Shown here: positions 45,171-55,232 of the stretch, one piece after another
How the letters are laid out: each line of letters begins with the position of its first letter
Position numbering within the stretch: position 1 is the stretch's first letter
IMG/VR virus record: IMGVR_UViG_3300024262_006558
Coordinates: 248,001-312,000 of that record
Direction: 5' to 3' (one strand)
DNA length: 64,000 bases
Position numbers and translations under genes: made by a program
Notes under the pieces: model-generated
What the model was told of the DNA's origin: nothing
Seen by the model: the letters and a program-made list of their open reading frames with translations, nothing else
Database searches by the model: none

Positions 45171-45740
45171 CTATTTATCTTTTAATTTCTCATCAAATAA
45201 AAACCAGTGACCTTTATGTTCATGAAGATTGTATGGAGGATATTCACCTTCATCATCTTCTTCTCCATTGGGGTCACAATCCCAATCACTGCTGCATACT
45301 GATGTCTGATTCCATCCTACGGCAATTATATTATCATCATCTAAAGTCTTTTCAATTATATCGGCTTGTTCATTGAGAGAACTTTCAAATTCCATAGCTC
45401 TAAACGATTCAATCAACTCTACGAAGTTTTCTTTTTTAACTACTACTTTATCGTATGTAGACATCATAACTATTTGATGTTTTCTATCTATTGAATCTAA
45501 ATTTACTATATTCCATATTTCTTTTTGCTCTTGATCTGTAGCTCCATTTATTCTATGATACTTTTTACCTTCCTTATGGAGATGGGGATGTTTTTTAATC
45601 CAATCTGGAATATATTCAGGAAGATACTTTTCCTCCATATAACACCAGACGGCCATTGCTCCTCTCCATGAATTTTTAATTTCATCTTCATGGGCAACTA
45701 ATCCATCTTTACCAAAAAACGTAATTTCTGTATAGCTCAT
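45171..45740 (-). CDS. hypothetical phage protein
   Basis: ORF track. Confidence 0.75.
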   Translation of the reverse strand: MSYTEITFFGKDGLVAHEDEIKNSWRGAMAVWCYMEEKYLPEYIPDWIKKHPHLHKEGKKYHRINGATDQEQKEIWNIVNLDSIDRKHQIVMMSTYDKVVVKKENFVELIESFRAMEFESSLNEQADIIEKTLDDDNIIAVGWNQTSVCSSDWDCDPNGEEDDEGEYPPYNLHEHKGHWFLFDEKLKDK

Positions 45741-45774
45741 GTTTCTATAACGAATTTATATGTTATTTTGTTGC

Positions 45775-46389
45775 TTAATACTTTTTGTTTTTAATATGAG
45801 TCAAAAATTTTTGATATATTTCCATGTGCTTAAGTCGATGAGCTATGGTAAGTGCGCAGTCTTGTAACACATCAGTCTCAAGAGGGTCTGCTCCTTTTTC
45901 CAATAACAGATCAACAACTACTTCCAGGTTATTCTGAACGGCGTACATAAGCGCCGTTCTACCATCTTTATTCTTTTTATGAACATCTGCTCCACTTCTT
46001 ATGAGAAAGCTTACTAGGACGAAGTTTAAACCTCTTATAGCATGAGTAAGCGGTGTGTCTAGATCTTCATCAACGTTATTGATGTTTGCTCCGTGTTTAA
46101 TAAGAATTTTGGCTATTTCTGTATGACCATGATAGCATGCATCCATCAGAGCGGTTTGTTTGTAACCTCTTTTATCGAAAGCTTTATCTGGTTTAACTCC
46201 AGATTTAATTAATTTATCTGCAGTTTTTCCATACCCATGAACACAGGCCCAAGTCAACATAATTTCACCATCCAGATCAAACACAAAACTATCAAAAAAC
46301 TCTTGGGAGAAGTCTTTTATATTCTCATAATATTCAGACCAATTAGATACCCTATCAGCTTGTTCTATAAATTCTTCTTCAGTGTACAT
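45775..46389 (-). CDS. ankyrin-repeat protein with Trp head
   Basis: TEEEFIEQADRVSNW; GRTALMYAVQNNLEVVVDLLLEKGADP. Confidence 0.9.
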   Translation of the reverse strand: MYTEEEFIEQADRVSNWSEYYENIKDFSQEFFDSFVFDLDGEIMLTWACVHGYGKTADKLIKSGVKPDKAFDKRGYKQTALMDACYHGHTEIAKILIKHGANINNVDEDLDTPLTHAIRGLNFVLVSFLIRSGADVHKKNKDGRTALMYAVQNNLEVVVDLLLEKGADPLETDVLQDCALTIAHRLKHMEIYQKFLTHIKNKKY

Positions 46390-46423
46390 ATTGACAAATA
46401 TAGTTTTGTTATGCCAATAAAAC

Positions 46424-46458
46424 AAAAAAGACCTAAACTTTCGCTTAGGTCTTTTTTT
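46424..46458. terminator. intrinsic terminator (bidirectional)
   Basis: AAAAAAGACCTAA...TTAGGTCTTTTTTT. Confidence 0.7.
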
Positions 46459-46678
46459 ATTTTTCAGAAGAAACGTGGCACGCTTTTTATCGTTGCTCTT
46501 ATAGTTGTAGAAGGAAGCGCTATAATCCCCGTGTCCTTAAATAGATTTACACGTCTAACGTGAAACCAAAGCATTTTTTTTTTGCGCTTTACTTTAAGGG
46601 GTTATAGAATTATGAACCATAGCCTCTGATAAATTTCTAAAGTAAATATATATATTTTTTAGTAAAACATCAAGCATT

Positions 46679-46879
46679 TTACAATTTACATGAAAAGCAC
46701 AGGTCTTCTTTCCTAGCTTCATCTAACGTAATAGTATCAACATCACATCCAGATGCCACTAATTCAGATTGCTCTTTTTTCTCTTGTTTAGAAGGAGGGT
46801 TGTCAGCATCTATTACAGATAACATTCTAGATTTACCGCAAAGGCATTTAAACCTTCTTACTTTAATTTCGTCTTCCAT
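46679..46879 (-). CDS. small Cys-containing hypothetical protein
   Basis: ORF track, start moved to the internal ATG. Confidence 0.6.
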   Translation of the reverse strand: MEDEIKVRRFKCLCGKSRMLSVIDADNPPSKQEKKEQSELVASGCDVDTITLDEARKEDLCFSCKL

Positions 46880-46881
46880 AA

Positions 46882-47370
46882 TTATTTTATTAAAAAAAGC
46901 TTTGCGCATGCAATAGCATCTGATAAAGCTTCATGGTGATCAAGTTCTATTTTATGTTTACTACAACATTCATTTAATTTAGTTGACTTATAACCTTTGT
47001 CTTTAAACTTCTTCATAGTACATTCCCACTTCTCAGACAATTTCAATTCCGTATAGTCTAAACCATATAATTCCATTGTTGCTTTTAGAACACTACGATC
47101 AAACACTTCATTATGAGCAACTAATATATTTCCTTGAAGCCTTCTTTTGATCTCTGGATACAGCTCTTTGAAAGTTTTAGCGTTAGCTGTGTCTTTAGCA
47201 GTTAATCCATGAACCTTTGTATTGGCCCAAGAATATTTATTACCTGGAGGTTTAATTAAAGCTTGGTACTCATGAGCTATTACACCATCCTTTACCATAA
47301 CTATTCCTACTGAACAAGCGGAGTTACGCTTACCTGTAGCGGTTTCAAAATCAATAGCAACAAAGTTCAT
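46882..47370 (-). CDS. DEDDh 3'-5' exonuclease (DnaQ-like)
   Basis: AIDFETA, VAHNEVFDRSVL, HHEALSDA. Confidence 0.9.
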   Translation of the reverse strand: MNFVAIDFETATGKRNSACSVGIVMVKDGVIAHEYQALIKPPGNKYSWANTKVHGLTAKDTANAKTFKELYPEIKRRLQGNILVAHNEVFDRSVLKATMELYGLDYTELKLSEKWECTMKKFKDKGYKSTKLNECCSKHKIELDHHEALSDAIACAKLFLIK

Positions 47371-47386
47371 AATAATATTTTATTTG

Positions 47387-47531
47387 CAGAGAAGATAGGC
47401 CTCGAACCTACAAGGATTTAAAGAAATAATCTCCAACTATTCACGTTTATAGTTTGTCCACCGAGTTCCCCCACTCTATACGTTTCTTCAAGGGTACTGT
47501 CAGCGTGGTTGCCAAATTTCACCACTTCTCT
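47387..47531 (-). tRNA. tRNA-like gene with Leu/Ser-type D arm and enlarged central region; anticodon undefined
   Basis: Acceptor AGAGAAG/CTTCTCT, TGGTGAAATTTGGCAACCAC, T arm GTAGG-TTCGAGG-CCTAT; 145 nt long. Confidence 0.55.
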
Positions 47532-47538
47532 ATTTTTG

Positions 47539-47672
47539 CGTTCTCGGCAGGACTCGAACCTGCAACCCCCTGTTTGGAAATGTAGAAGGAAGACTTGAAC
47601 ATAGCCAATGGTCTTAGGTAATTGTCATGTCTAAACGATAGACAGGTGCTCTACCAGTTGAGCTACGAGAAC
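47539..47672 (-). tRNA. tRNA-Gly(UCC)-like gene interrupted by a 61-nt insertion in the anticodon loop
   Basis: GTTCTCG/CGAGAAC acceptor, GCTC/GAGC D stem, CCTGT-CT-[61 nt, 47579-47639]-TCC-AA-ACAGG, GCAGG-TTCGAGT-CCTGC. Confidence 0.75.
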
Positions 47673-47685
47673 ATAAATACTTAGC

Positions 47686-49761
47686 TTATGCTAAGTATTC
47701 TGAGTTAATTACATCGATATCGTAAGGCGTGATTTTACCTTCAGCGACTTCCCAAGAGAAGACGGTGTCGGCATCCTCTGCCTTGTCCACGAATTCGGTA
47801 CCTCTAGCTTCTGCATGAAGTCTGAATAACTGGTGCAATGTAGGTTTATTTTCCAAACTTAACATTGCTTCAAGCAAATCTGTAGTAGTTGCTTTGTTTG
47901 ACTCTAAATTAATAGGTCCAATGCTACCACTTCTCTCATTATGAGCAAGGTCACACCATACAGCTTCTCTTGTTTCTAAATCAAACACTACAGGAAGTGC
48001 TACTTTTGACTCTGAAGATAGATCAATCTTTTGATTAACAGTCTTAGCATCATATATCTCATTTGCATTTGGTTTAGACTTCATCATCCACCCAGCATAA
48101 CAAGATTCCATTTCACAATAACTAATATCAGAGAAAGAGTAAACATGCATCACAACATATCTAACTCCTTTTTCAAGAGCATCTTTAATACTGAAGTCAA
48201 CAAACTCTGCAGCTCCAGCTGGAGAAGGGGCTCTAGTTATATCTCCACCATGAACCGCTTGAACTTTATTACCTCTCAACCTAGTATAGCTTACTTGATC
48301 CACCATAGTGAAATCTTCTTTATGGAAAGATGCACTTAAATCAACATCTTGTCCAATCCAGTGGATAAACATTCTCACTGTATCTTTAGTGCCTAAATTC
48401 ATTCTAGTACCTCTAGCAACAGTGAACAATCCGCTAGAAGCATTTCTTTGCTGTAAAGGAAGTGGGCAAGACTTAAGTTTTGGATCTAAATATACCTTTC
48501 CAAGGTCCTCACCTTCAGAAAATTTAGTAACCAATACCTTTTCAATACCTTTTACCAACTTATTTACAGTTGCGTTACCGAAAGCTGGCAATTCATTTCT
48601 AAGAATTATAGCCTTAGCTACGCTTCCTTTAGGAAACACCACTCTTTTATCGATAGCAGATGAACCTTTTCTAGCATTGAAGTGTCCCAGTAACTGGAAC
48701 AACACTCTAGTTGATACTTTATTCGCTACAGAAAGAAAAGTTTCTATTGTTTTCGTTCTTGATCTCTCATGGAGTCTCAAGATATGATCCAATCTCCTTG
48801 CAAACTCACCTGGCCTATTAGATAACAGATCAAGTATTTCTGTGGCATTTCCATTATCAAGAGCGTTTTCAACTTTAGAGTTGAAAGTCTCAAGAGATTT
48901 GTTTTCTCTGATCTTTTGAGCAATTTCGAAAACTTTTGGTGCCTTAGTCTTGTACTCACCAACATGTAAACTATGGAATAATTTACCCCATTTGTTTTTA
49001 TGTCGATTAATATCATCTTCATTAATAACGTTTTCCAACGTTGAAACGAATAACTTTCTAGCACTTCTCGGCAAAGATCTAAACTTAGTATTCTGAGCAA
49101 GAGAAACGTCTCCATCAGAAAGGTAAGTTATAACCCTCAATACGTCTGTAGCCGTTTTAATGCAGCCAGTTATGTCTTGATTTTTTTCAAGAAGCTTACC
49201 TACAATAAGGCATAAATTCTCTTTGAATGGTATCTCTGTTGGATACTCTTGAGTATCATGTTTGTCAATAAACCATTCAACAATTGTTCTGTCTTCATCA
49301 GAGATAGAAGCATTTGATCCAACAAGTCTTGTAAAGACTTTATTGAAATCCTCCTCAGCTTTTAACTCTAGAGTCTTAAATGTTGTTTCTTCATAGGCAA
49401 ACTGTTTTGGCAAAGCCTCATAGTTTGGCTTCCAAGTACCATTTGACCAGTAATGCAAAATAGCATTACGATAAAGTTCTGCATCTTCCATCTCCATCAC
49501 TTGCTGAGGAAAATTTGGATAAAGAGGAACATACTTTTTATCTGCACCTTTCATCTCTTTCAAGACAGGTATTAGTTCATTATAAAGAGCTTCCGCAGCA
49601 TCTTCAGATAATGACTTAACAGCATTAAGTAAATCTTCAGACATAATATACCCTAACTGCATCAATGACGCATTAAGAGAAAGGGCAATTTGTTCATTAC
49701 CTTCATCTTGTGGATTTACAACTATTCCATTAAGTTTCTTTACAGATATTATAGTCTTCAT
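47686..49761 (-). CDS. TerD-domain-containing protein (Ter stress-response associated)
   Basis: C-terminal DVDLSASF...HGGDITRAP...AAEFVDF TerD fold; N-terminal LYPNFP...LHYW...RPGEFARRLDHILR. Confidence 0.75.
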   Translation of the reverse strand: MKTIISVKKLNGIVVNPQDEGNEQIALSLNASLMQLGYIMSEDLLNAVKSLSEDAAEALYNELIPVLKEMKGADKKYVPLYPNFPQQVMEMEDAELYRNAILHYWSNGTWKPNYEALPKQFAYEETTFKTLELKAEEDFNKVFTRLVGSNASISDEDRTIVEWFIDKHDTQEYPTEIPFKENLCLIVGKLLEKNQDITGCIKTATDVLRVITYLSDGDVSLAQNTKFRSLPRSARKLFVSTLENVINEDDINRHKNKWGKLFHSLHVGEYKTKAPKVFEIAQKIRENKSLETFNSKVENALDNGNATEILDLLSNRPGEFARRLDHILRLHERSRTKTIETFLSVANKVSTRVLFQLLGHFNARKGSSAIDKRVVFPKGSVAKAIILRNELPAFGNATVNKLVKGIEKVLVTKFSEGEDLGKVYLDPKLKSCPLPLQQRNASSGLFTVARGTRMNLGTKDTVRMFIHWIGQDVDLSASFHKEDFTMVDQVSYTRLRGNKVQAVHGGDITRAPSPAGAAEFVDFSIKDALEKGVRYVVMHVYSFSDISYCEMESCYAGWMMKSKPNANEIYDAKTVNQKIDLSSESKVALPVVFDLETREAVWCDLAHNERSGSIGPINLESNKATTTDLLEAMLSLENKPTLHQLFRLHAEARGTEFVDKAEDADTVFSWEVAEGKITPYDIDVINSEYLA

Positions 49762-49872
49762 ACTAATATTAAAATTTATGTTCAACCTTAGAAATATACT
49801 AACGTATTTCTATGTGATAATGTTGCAAATATAATGTAAAATTTAATTCAGGTCAAGTAAAAGAATAGATTT

Positions 49873-50475
49873 TTATAAATTCTTTTCCCATTCATGTTGA
49901 TCATCCATTTCTTTATCAATCATTTCAGTTGGAAATATTTGAGCAGGATGATTTAAGTTGTTATTGTCTATTATATATCTTCGCAGAAAAGAATGAGCTT
50001 TTAATACGTTACCAAGTCTTTCGTAATCGATTTCACATTCAAAGTTACCCATAAAATCTTCAGAATAAAACAACTGCAATTTAGCTATAGCTGTTGTTAT
50101 ATCAGAAAACCTATCAGCATTTTCGATAAAGAAATCTTCAATAAACTCAATAGCTTCAATGGATCCATGTTTTTCTAAATCTCTCCTACTGTTAAACACC
50201 TCATTGTGTTCTAATAAGAATTTTATAGCATAAAACTTAGCCGTTTTTCTATCATTAAACCTGTAAATGTGTTCAAACAACCATTCGTAAGAATCTTTAG
50301 GAAACATTTGCACATACTCTTTACCATTTACATAGAATAAACAATAACATCTATACGGAACCTCACTAAATATTATCTCATCATAATGAGTTAATATTAA
50401 AACATACATTTGTAGTCCACCGAAGTCTAGTTCAATATCACACTTACTTTTAATATCATCTGATGTAAATTCCAT
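49873..50475 (-). CDS. hypothetical protein with C-terminal Trp-like module
   Basis: EDFFIENADRF...FYSEDFMGNFECEIDY. Confidence 0.7.
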   Translation of the reverse strand: MEFTSDDIKSKCDIELDFGGLQMYVLILTHYDEIIFSEVPYRCYCLFYVNGKEYVQMFPKDSYEWLFEHIYRFNDRKTAKFYAIKFLLEHNEVFNSRRDLEKHGSIEAIEFIEDFFIENADRFSDITTAIAKLQLFYSEDFMGNFECEIDYERLGNVLKAHSFLRRYIIDNNNLNHPAQIFPTEMIDKEMDDQHEWEKNL

Positions 50476-50657
50476 ATTTAAACGCTAATTTTACCATCAT
50501 CCATCTTCATTGGGCCCAAGGAAGGTATATATCTTTTACTAGCACAAGAAAAAAGTAATAAAATCAATACAAAACTAATAACTAAAGTTTTCATTATTTG
50601 ATCTCTAACATTGCTTTCTCTCCAGAAAAAAGTGTATTTATTATTCATTTTTTGTTT

Positions 50658-52466
50658 TTAAAATGGTAAATCTTCTTCATCATCACCTCGATCTACCATG
50701 TCAGTGAAAAAAGGTTCTACATGCTCTTTTGGTTCATAGGCCTCAAAAGCATACAAAACTTGTTGAACTGGCCTGTGTAAACCTAAAGATTTCTCTTCTT
50801 TTTTGTATATGGAAATTGGAGCAGAATCTAATATTTTATTTATATCACTAACAACTTCTATGGGAGGGTTTATATTTGAATAACCTCTAAACTGTTTATA
50901 TTTAAAGAAGTTATTACCTTCACTATTTAACCCAACTCCCACTTCTAAAGTCCACCCTTTTTTATGAATTTCAACTTCTTCTTTACATAATTTTTCTAGG
51001 AGTATATCATCTTTCAATTTTATATGAAATATAGCACTTTGACCTGAATTAATAACATTAGAATATGATGTTACACAATGCTTCATTTTAGTCCCTTCTA
51101 ACACTAAACGATCTACATCATCTACCAATTCTATGTCGTACTTATCTGTAGATTGAATAACTCGGTACCAAGATTTAGATTTAATTTCACCTAATTCTTT
51201 CTTTTTATAAACAATAGAAACATTATCATGTTCTTGCTTTAACCTCTTTGGTGACTTGATCTTTAAATTAATCTTCATGCCTAATTCATAAGACATCCTT
51301 ACATAGTCTTTAACTAAATAATCTTGGTCTTCTAATCCTGGTATTAAATGATTATATAATTTTCTAAAAAAGATCATGTTATATGATGTATTTGTAAAAA
51401 TCAAATCATTACAAGCTGCTCTTTTTATTGCAGGAACATCAAGCGGTTGATTCTTATCAACTATAGGACTTCCTCCAATTGTAAGTCTATTTTTTCTCTG
51501 TTCATCATTTTTATATAGTATATGATTGGATAATAATCCGTATGATTTAATCTCTTCTAAGCTCATAATAGAAGTAAGAGAATCTACAAAGCTTTTTATC
51601 TTGTTTTCTTGATTATGTATGAACTGAGTTACTTTATTCAATTCATCTGGCTCTACAATATAAGCAATAATTAAAGCTAGGTCTGTGTTACACATTCCTA
51701 ATAGCTTCTTAGGAATGTTAACCTCATTTCCATTAACTTTTTTTAGTAGTTCAGCCATAGTTTTTGTGTTTTTAATTAATTTATTGGGTATTGGCTTATT
51801 GTATAAGCTTTTCATTAAAACGCTTGCAACTGGGCCTCCACTATAAATGTCGAGCAACTCTCCAAATAAATCACCTTTATTAGTTAATCCAGTTTTACTA
51901 CAAATTGTTTCATGATTCTTGAGAGATAGATATTGAGTTCTATAAGTACATCTCTGCTTATAGTTTTTCATTTTAAACCTAACTAAAGTAGAATCATTTT
52001 TCATATTAAATACAACTCTACCTTGCCACACTTTATCTAAAAAGTAATGCTCCGTTTTATTGTTATATCCAGTATAATGATACCACTCTTGGTATTGAAA
52101 CTTTTCCTCTCTTAAATCATATCTCAAGATCTTTTCCTCAAAAAAAGATCTTGAGATACTTGATTCACCATCAAACTTATTTTTGTTTAATATAGCTTTT
52201 TCTGAATTAAACCAATTATTTTCCCAATGTTCAAGTATCCAATACTCCCATCGATCTGTTTTTATATACTTGATTTTTTCAACATAACTATTTTCAGTTC
52301 TAAAGTCTTCATAATCACTTATACCAGTAGTGAACTTGTTAGATAAACAAGTTCTATTAAATATATCTAAAACAAGCCTTTTCTTACCAGTTTCTTTAGA
52401 AAATATTTTTCTGATATCATTGACATCAGATATTTCGATCTTATCTTCAGTATGTTCTTGAATCAT
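50658..52466 (-). CDS. PcfJ-like domain protein
   Basis: C-terminal LKQEHD...LVLEGTKMKHCVTSY...AIFHI...TLEV. Confidence 0.8.
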   Translation of the reverse strand: MIQEHTEDKIEISDVNDIRKIFSKETGKKRLVLDIFNRTCLSNKFTTGISDYEDFRTENSYVEKIKYIKTDRWEYWILEHWENNWFNSEKAILNKNKFDGESSISRSFFEEKILRYDLREEKFQYQEWYHYTGYNNKTEHYFLDKVWQGRVVFNMKNDSTLVRFKMKNYKQRCTYRTQYLSLKNHETICSKTGLTNKGDLFGELLDIYSGGPVASVLMKSLYNKPIPNKLIKNTKTMAELLKKVNGNEVNIPKKLLGMCNTDLALIIAYIVEPDELNKVTQFIHNQENKIKSFVDSLTSIMSLEEIKSYGLLSNHILYKNDEQRKNRLTIGGSPIVDKNQPLDVPAIKRAACNDLIFTNTSYNMIFFRKLYNHLIPGLEDQDYLVKDYVRMSYELGMKINLKIKSPKRLKQEHDNVSIVYKKKELGEIKSKSWYRVIQSTDKYDIELVDDVDRLVLEGTKMKHCVTSYSNVINSGQSAIFHIKLKDDILLEKLCKEEVEIHKKGWTLEVGVGLNSEGNNFFKYKQFRGYSNINPPIEVVSDINKILDSAPISIYKKEEKSLGLHRPVQQVLYAFEAYEPKEHVEPFFTDMVDRGDDEEDLPF

Positions 52467-53470
52467 GTTAAAATATCTATGATAAGCTTTATAAGTCCAG
52501 TTAGAATGCCTATACAGGCCCACAGTTTGTATAATCGTTTAATATAGTCTACTTTTTCGTCCTTTATGGTATCATCAAATTTAAAAATTAAACCCCCCAT
52601 AAAAGTATACAATAAAGCTCCTACAACTTTAACTGCAAAGAAAGTAATTAATAAATCATTAAATTTGGTACCATATATAAAATAGACCATTGAACTTACA
52701 ACGGATGGAATTGCAATACAATAACATAAAAACATTATTCCTGTAACTTTCCAGAATCTTTTTACATTTATATTATTATTGTTTTCTAATATTTCATAAT
52801 TTTCGGCAATTATTCTTTCATTTTCTTCCTCTATTTCCCTGCACTCTCTTGCTTGTGTTACTAGTTCTTCAGCTATTCTAGCCTCAAATTCTTGCATTAT
52901 TTCATACGTAGGAACATCCAATAAGCCTGAGAAGTCACCTTCAATCATTTTAGTTAATGTAATATTTCCTCCGTTCTTAGCATTTTTATAAACTATATTC
53001 ATCATGGAGCTAACATACTTATTGCCATAAATGGTTTTAATAATAACTAAAGCTTTAAACACTACCGAGCTGAACTCTTTTTTTGTGGAATTAAAACTTA
53101 TAAAATGTTCAATATCTTCAAGTATTAAACGATTTTTATTCCCTTTTTCTCTAAAGCATCTCAATGACTCCATCATTAAAGTGATCCCGCCTTTATCATA
53201 AGGATGGTTCATAAAATAATCACTTAAATAAGAAATTATTTTTTTATTTGCAATCCTTTCTTCATAAACTACTTGTTTCACTAATTCCAATGGAGCATTA
53301 AATAATATCCTAATGTCAAATTGTTCCCAATCTATAATGTCAAAATAGTCTTCTATAACATTATCTGTAATAGGTAAATTTACTTTAATGAATTCAGGTT
53401 CAGATTTTGGATTTTTATAATATACTTTTCTCGAATACATGTCTTGTGTTATTGATATTACATCCATCAT
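52463..53470 (-). CDS. Trp head + C-terminal membrane segments
   Basis: NLPITDNVIEDYFDIIDW; 3 hydrophobic helices at the C-terminus. Confidence 0.7.
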   Translation of the reverse strand: MMDVISITQDMYSRKVYYKNPKSEPEFIKVNLPITDNVIEDYFDIIDWEQFDIRILFNAPLELVKQVVYEERIANKKIISYLSDYFMNHPYDKGGITLMMESLRCFREKGNKNRLILEDIEHFISFNSTKKEFSSVVFKALVIIKTIYGNKYVSSMMNIVYKNAKNGGNITLTKMIEGDFSGLLDVPTYEIMQEFEARIAEELVTQARECREIEEENERIIAENYEILENNNNINVKRFWKVTGIMFLCYCIAIPSVVSSMVYFIYGTKFNDLLITFFAVKVVGALLYTFMGGLIFKFDDTIKDEKVDYIKRLYKLWACIGILTGLIKLIIDILT

Positions 53471-54345
53471 ATAGGCCAAGTTAAAATGAATGATATAATA
53501 TATAAAAACACATTAGATACTAAATTTGTAATAAAATCTATTCTATCATTATCCTCTATATTAAATTTTCTTTTTCTATAATAATCTTCATAGCAAAGAG
53601 CGCCGCAACCTACAAACTGAACTATGAAAAACAATTTCAAAGACATGTTTTCAGAAATTGGAGTATTAGACCAAGCATTAAGTGTAAAGAAAAAAAACAA
53701 GGGGACAATTACAGCATAAACAGAAAATGAAACCATAAAATGGTTAAGGTAGATGTTTTCTAAATGTTTTGAATTTTCTCTAACATTTAATTGAAGCATC
53801 TTTTTATGTTCAGAAATTCTACCTTCTTTAGTTTTCAAATTAGGATTTAAATTTTCAACATACCTCACTAATTCCCTATTATTGCTTCTAGTCGCTTCTT
53901 TGTGTATCTCAAACAAATACAATTTCTTTTTACCCTCATCTGGGTGTGAGTTCATTAAATCAGCTAATGCTGTAGATAATAAATTGAAGCTATCATCAGA
54001 GTAACCACCAACTCTCTTATAGAAATCTCTAAGTGAATATATAATTTTGTACATCCTTTTTGGGTGATCTCTTGCATCAGACATCAAACCTCTTAAAACT
54101 TCAGCACTTTTCTTATCCAACTCTGCTCGATCTTCAACATGATTCAAGAAAGTGTCAAAAATACGTATAACCATAAGACCATCCATGTCGGTGGTGTGCC
54201 TTGTTATCTTTCGTATTTTAGAAGCTTCATATGTAAGAAACCAAGAATAATCAAACGTTCTCCAATTGATAATGTCCATATATTCTATGACATTATCCTG
54301 GCTAGGATCAATTTGAACATCTAACAATTGTTTTTTAGTTGTCAT
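53467..54345 (-). CDS. Trp head + C-terminal membrane segments
   Basis: PSQDNVIEYMDIINW; hydrophobic C-terminus. Confidence 0.7.
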   Translation of the reverse strand: MTTKKQLLDVQIDPSQDNVIEYMDIINWRTFDYSWFLTYEASKIRKITRHTTDMDGLMVIRIFDTFLNHVEDRAELDKKSAEVLRGLMSDARDHPKRMYKIIYSLRDFYKRVGGYSDDSFNLLSTALADLMNSHPDEGKKKLYLFEIHKEATRSNNRELVRYVENLNPNLKTKEGRISEHKKMLQLNVRENSKHLENIYLNHFMVSFSVYAVIVPLFFFFTLNAWSNTPISENMSLKLFFIVQFVGCGALCYEDYYRKRKFNIEDNDRIDFITNLVSNVFLYIISFILTWPI

Positions 54346-54348
54346 TTC

Positions 54349-54711
54349 TTATTTTTTTAAGGCTTTATTATCAGAAGATGATCCATTCTTAATTTCGTTT
54401 ATTTGTAATTTAAACAGTTCAGTTCTCAGGCTATCATTTGTGAAATTAACAGTTGTCATACCACCATGATCACCTCCCACCCTAAATATTTTATAGTGTA
54501 TATCTCCATCATAAACTTCAAATAATTCAACATCATATCCTCTCCCATTCTCATGAAGAGTGAATTTTTCCGTAGTAATTACTCGGTCTACAAAAACACC
54601 TTTACCTATCTGCATGTCTATTGACATTTCCTGTTTAGAACTTGTATCATCGCATGATGTTAATAAAACAATTAACGATATGATCAATAAGTATATGTAT
54701 ATGTGTTTCAT
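54349..54711 (-). CDS. lipoprotein
   Basis: LIVLLTS-C-DDTSS lipobox. Confidence 0.75.
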   Translation of the reverse strand: MKHIYIYLLIISLIVLLTSCDDTSSKQEMSIDMQIGKGVFVDRVITTEKFTLHENGRGYDVELFEVYDGDIHYKIFRVGGDHGGMTTVNFTNDSLRTELFKLQINEIKNGSSSDNKALKK

Positions 54712-54783
54712 ATTAATTTTCTAATCTAACAATTTCTTTAGCTAACGTAATTAAGTTACCATATGTTTCATTCCAAGCTCCCA

Positions 54784-55221
54784 TTATTTTATAAGCTCTT
54801 CTACAGTTTCATCTATTTCTTCTATTGGAGTTAGTAAAACAACTCCAGGCATGTCTCTATAATAATAATAAGAAGACATTTCAATATTGAATATGTTCCA
54901 ATTAGCTTCTTGTATAATGGGTTTACCTGCCTTCAAATAATTAATGGACTTCATATCTTTAATTACTTTTAAATCATTTTGAAAAGATAGACATCCATAA
55001 TCATCTACTATTTCAAAGTGATAGTTTTTATGAGCATAGTATTTGGATTCAAATGATACAATAAATCCTGTCAATAAAAACACAGCAACACCTATTATAC
55101 TAAGCGCTCCAAACACATCAAAACCACTGCTGTTGTAATTATTACGGTAAAACCAAAGCCATGTTCCTGATAAGATCAGTAAAACAGTTACTTCTATTAA
55201 AATTAATGTTAATCTATCCAT
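54784..55221 (-). CDS. membrane protein
   Basis: Two N-terminal TM helices. Confidence 0.7.
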   Translation of the reverse strand: MDRLTLILIEVTVLLILSGTWLWFYRNNYNSSGFDVFGALSIIGVAVFLLTGFIVSFESKYYAHKNYHFEIVDDYGCLSFQNDLKVIKDMKSINYLKAGKPIIQEANWNIFNIEMSSYYYYRDMPGVVLLTPIEEIDETVEELIK

Positions 55222-55232
55222 TTTATTTTTGT

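Larger units (their letters stand above)
19879..54770. promoter_or_regulatory. ECF-type promoters (T/G)GAAAC-N16/17-CGT(T/A) (class II)
   Basis: On +: 19879-19905 (N17, upstream of the sigma gene), 21118-21143, 21845-21870 and 22677-22702 (N16). On -: 41610-41635 (N16) and 54744-54770 (N17). GCAAC-N17-CGTT variants on - at 45749-45774 and 49801-49826. Confidence 0.75.

Noticed and set aside
47387-47531. tmRNA or selenocysteine tRNA
   Set aside because: Too short for tmRNA, with no tag ORF or GGGG..TCCACCA ends; no UCA anticodon arm or extended acceptor stem was seen.
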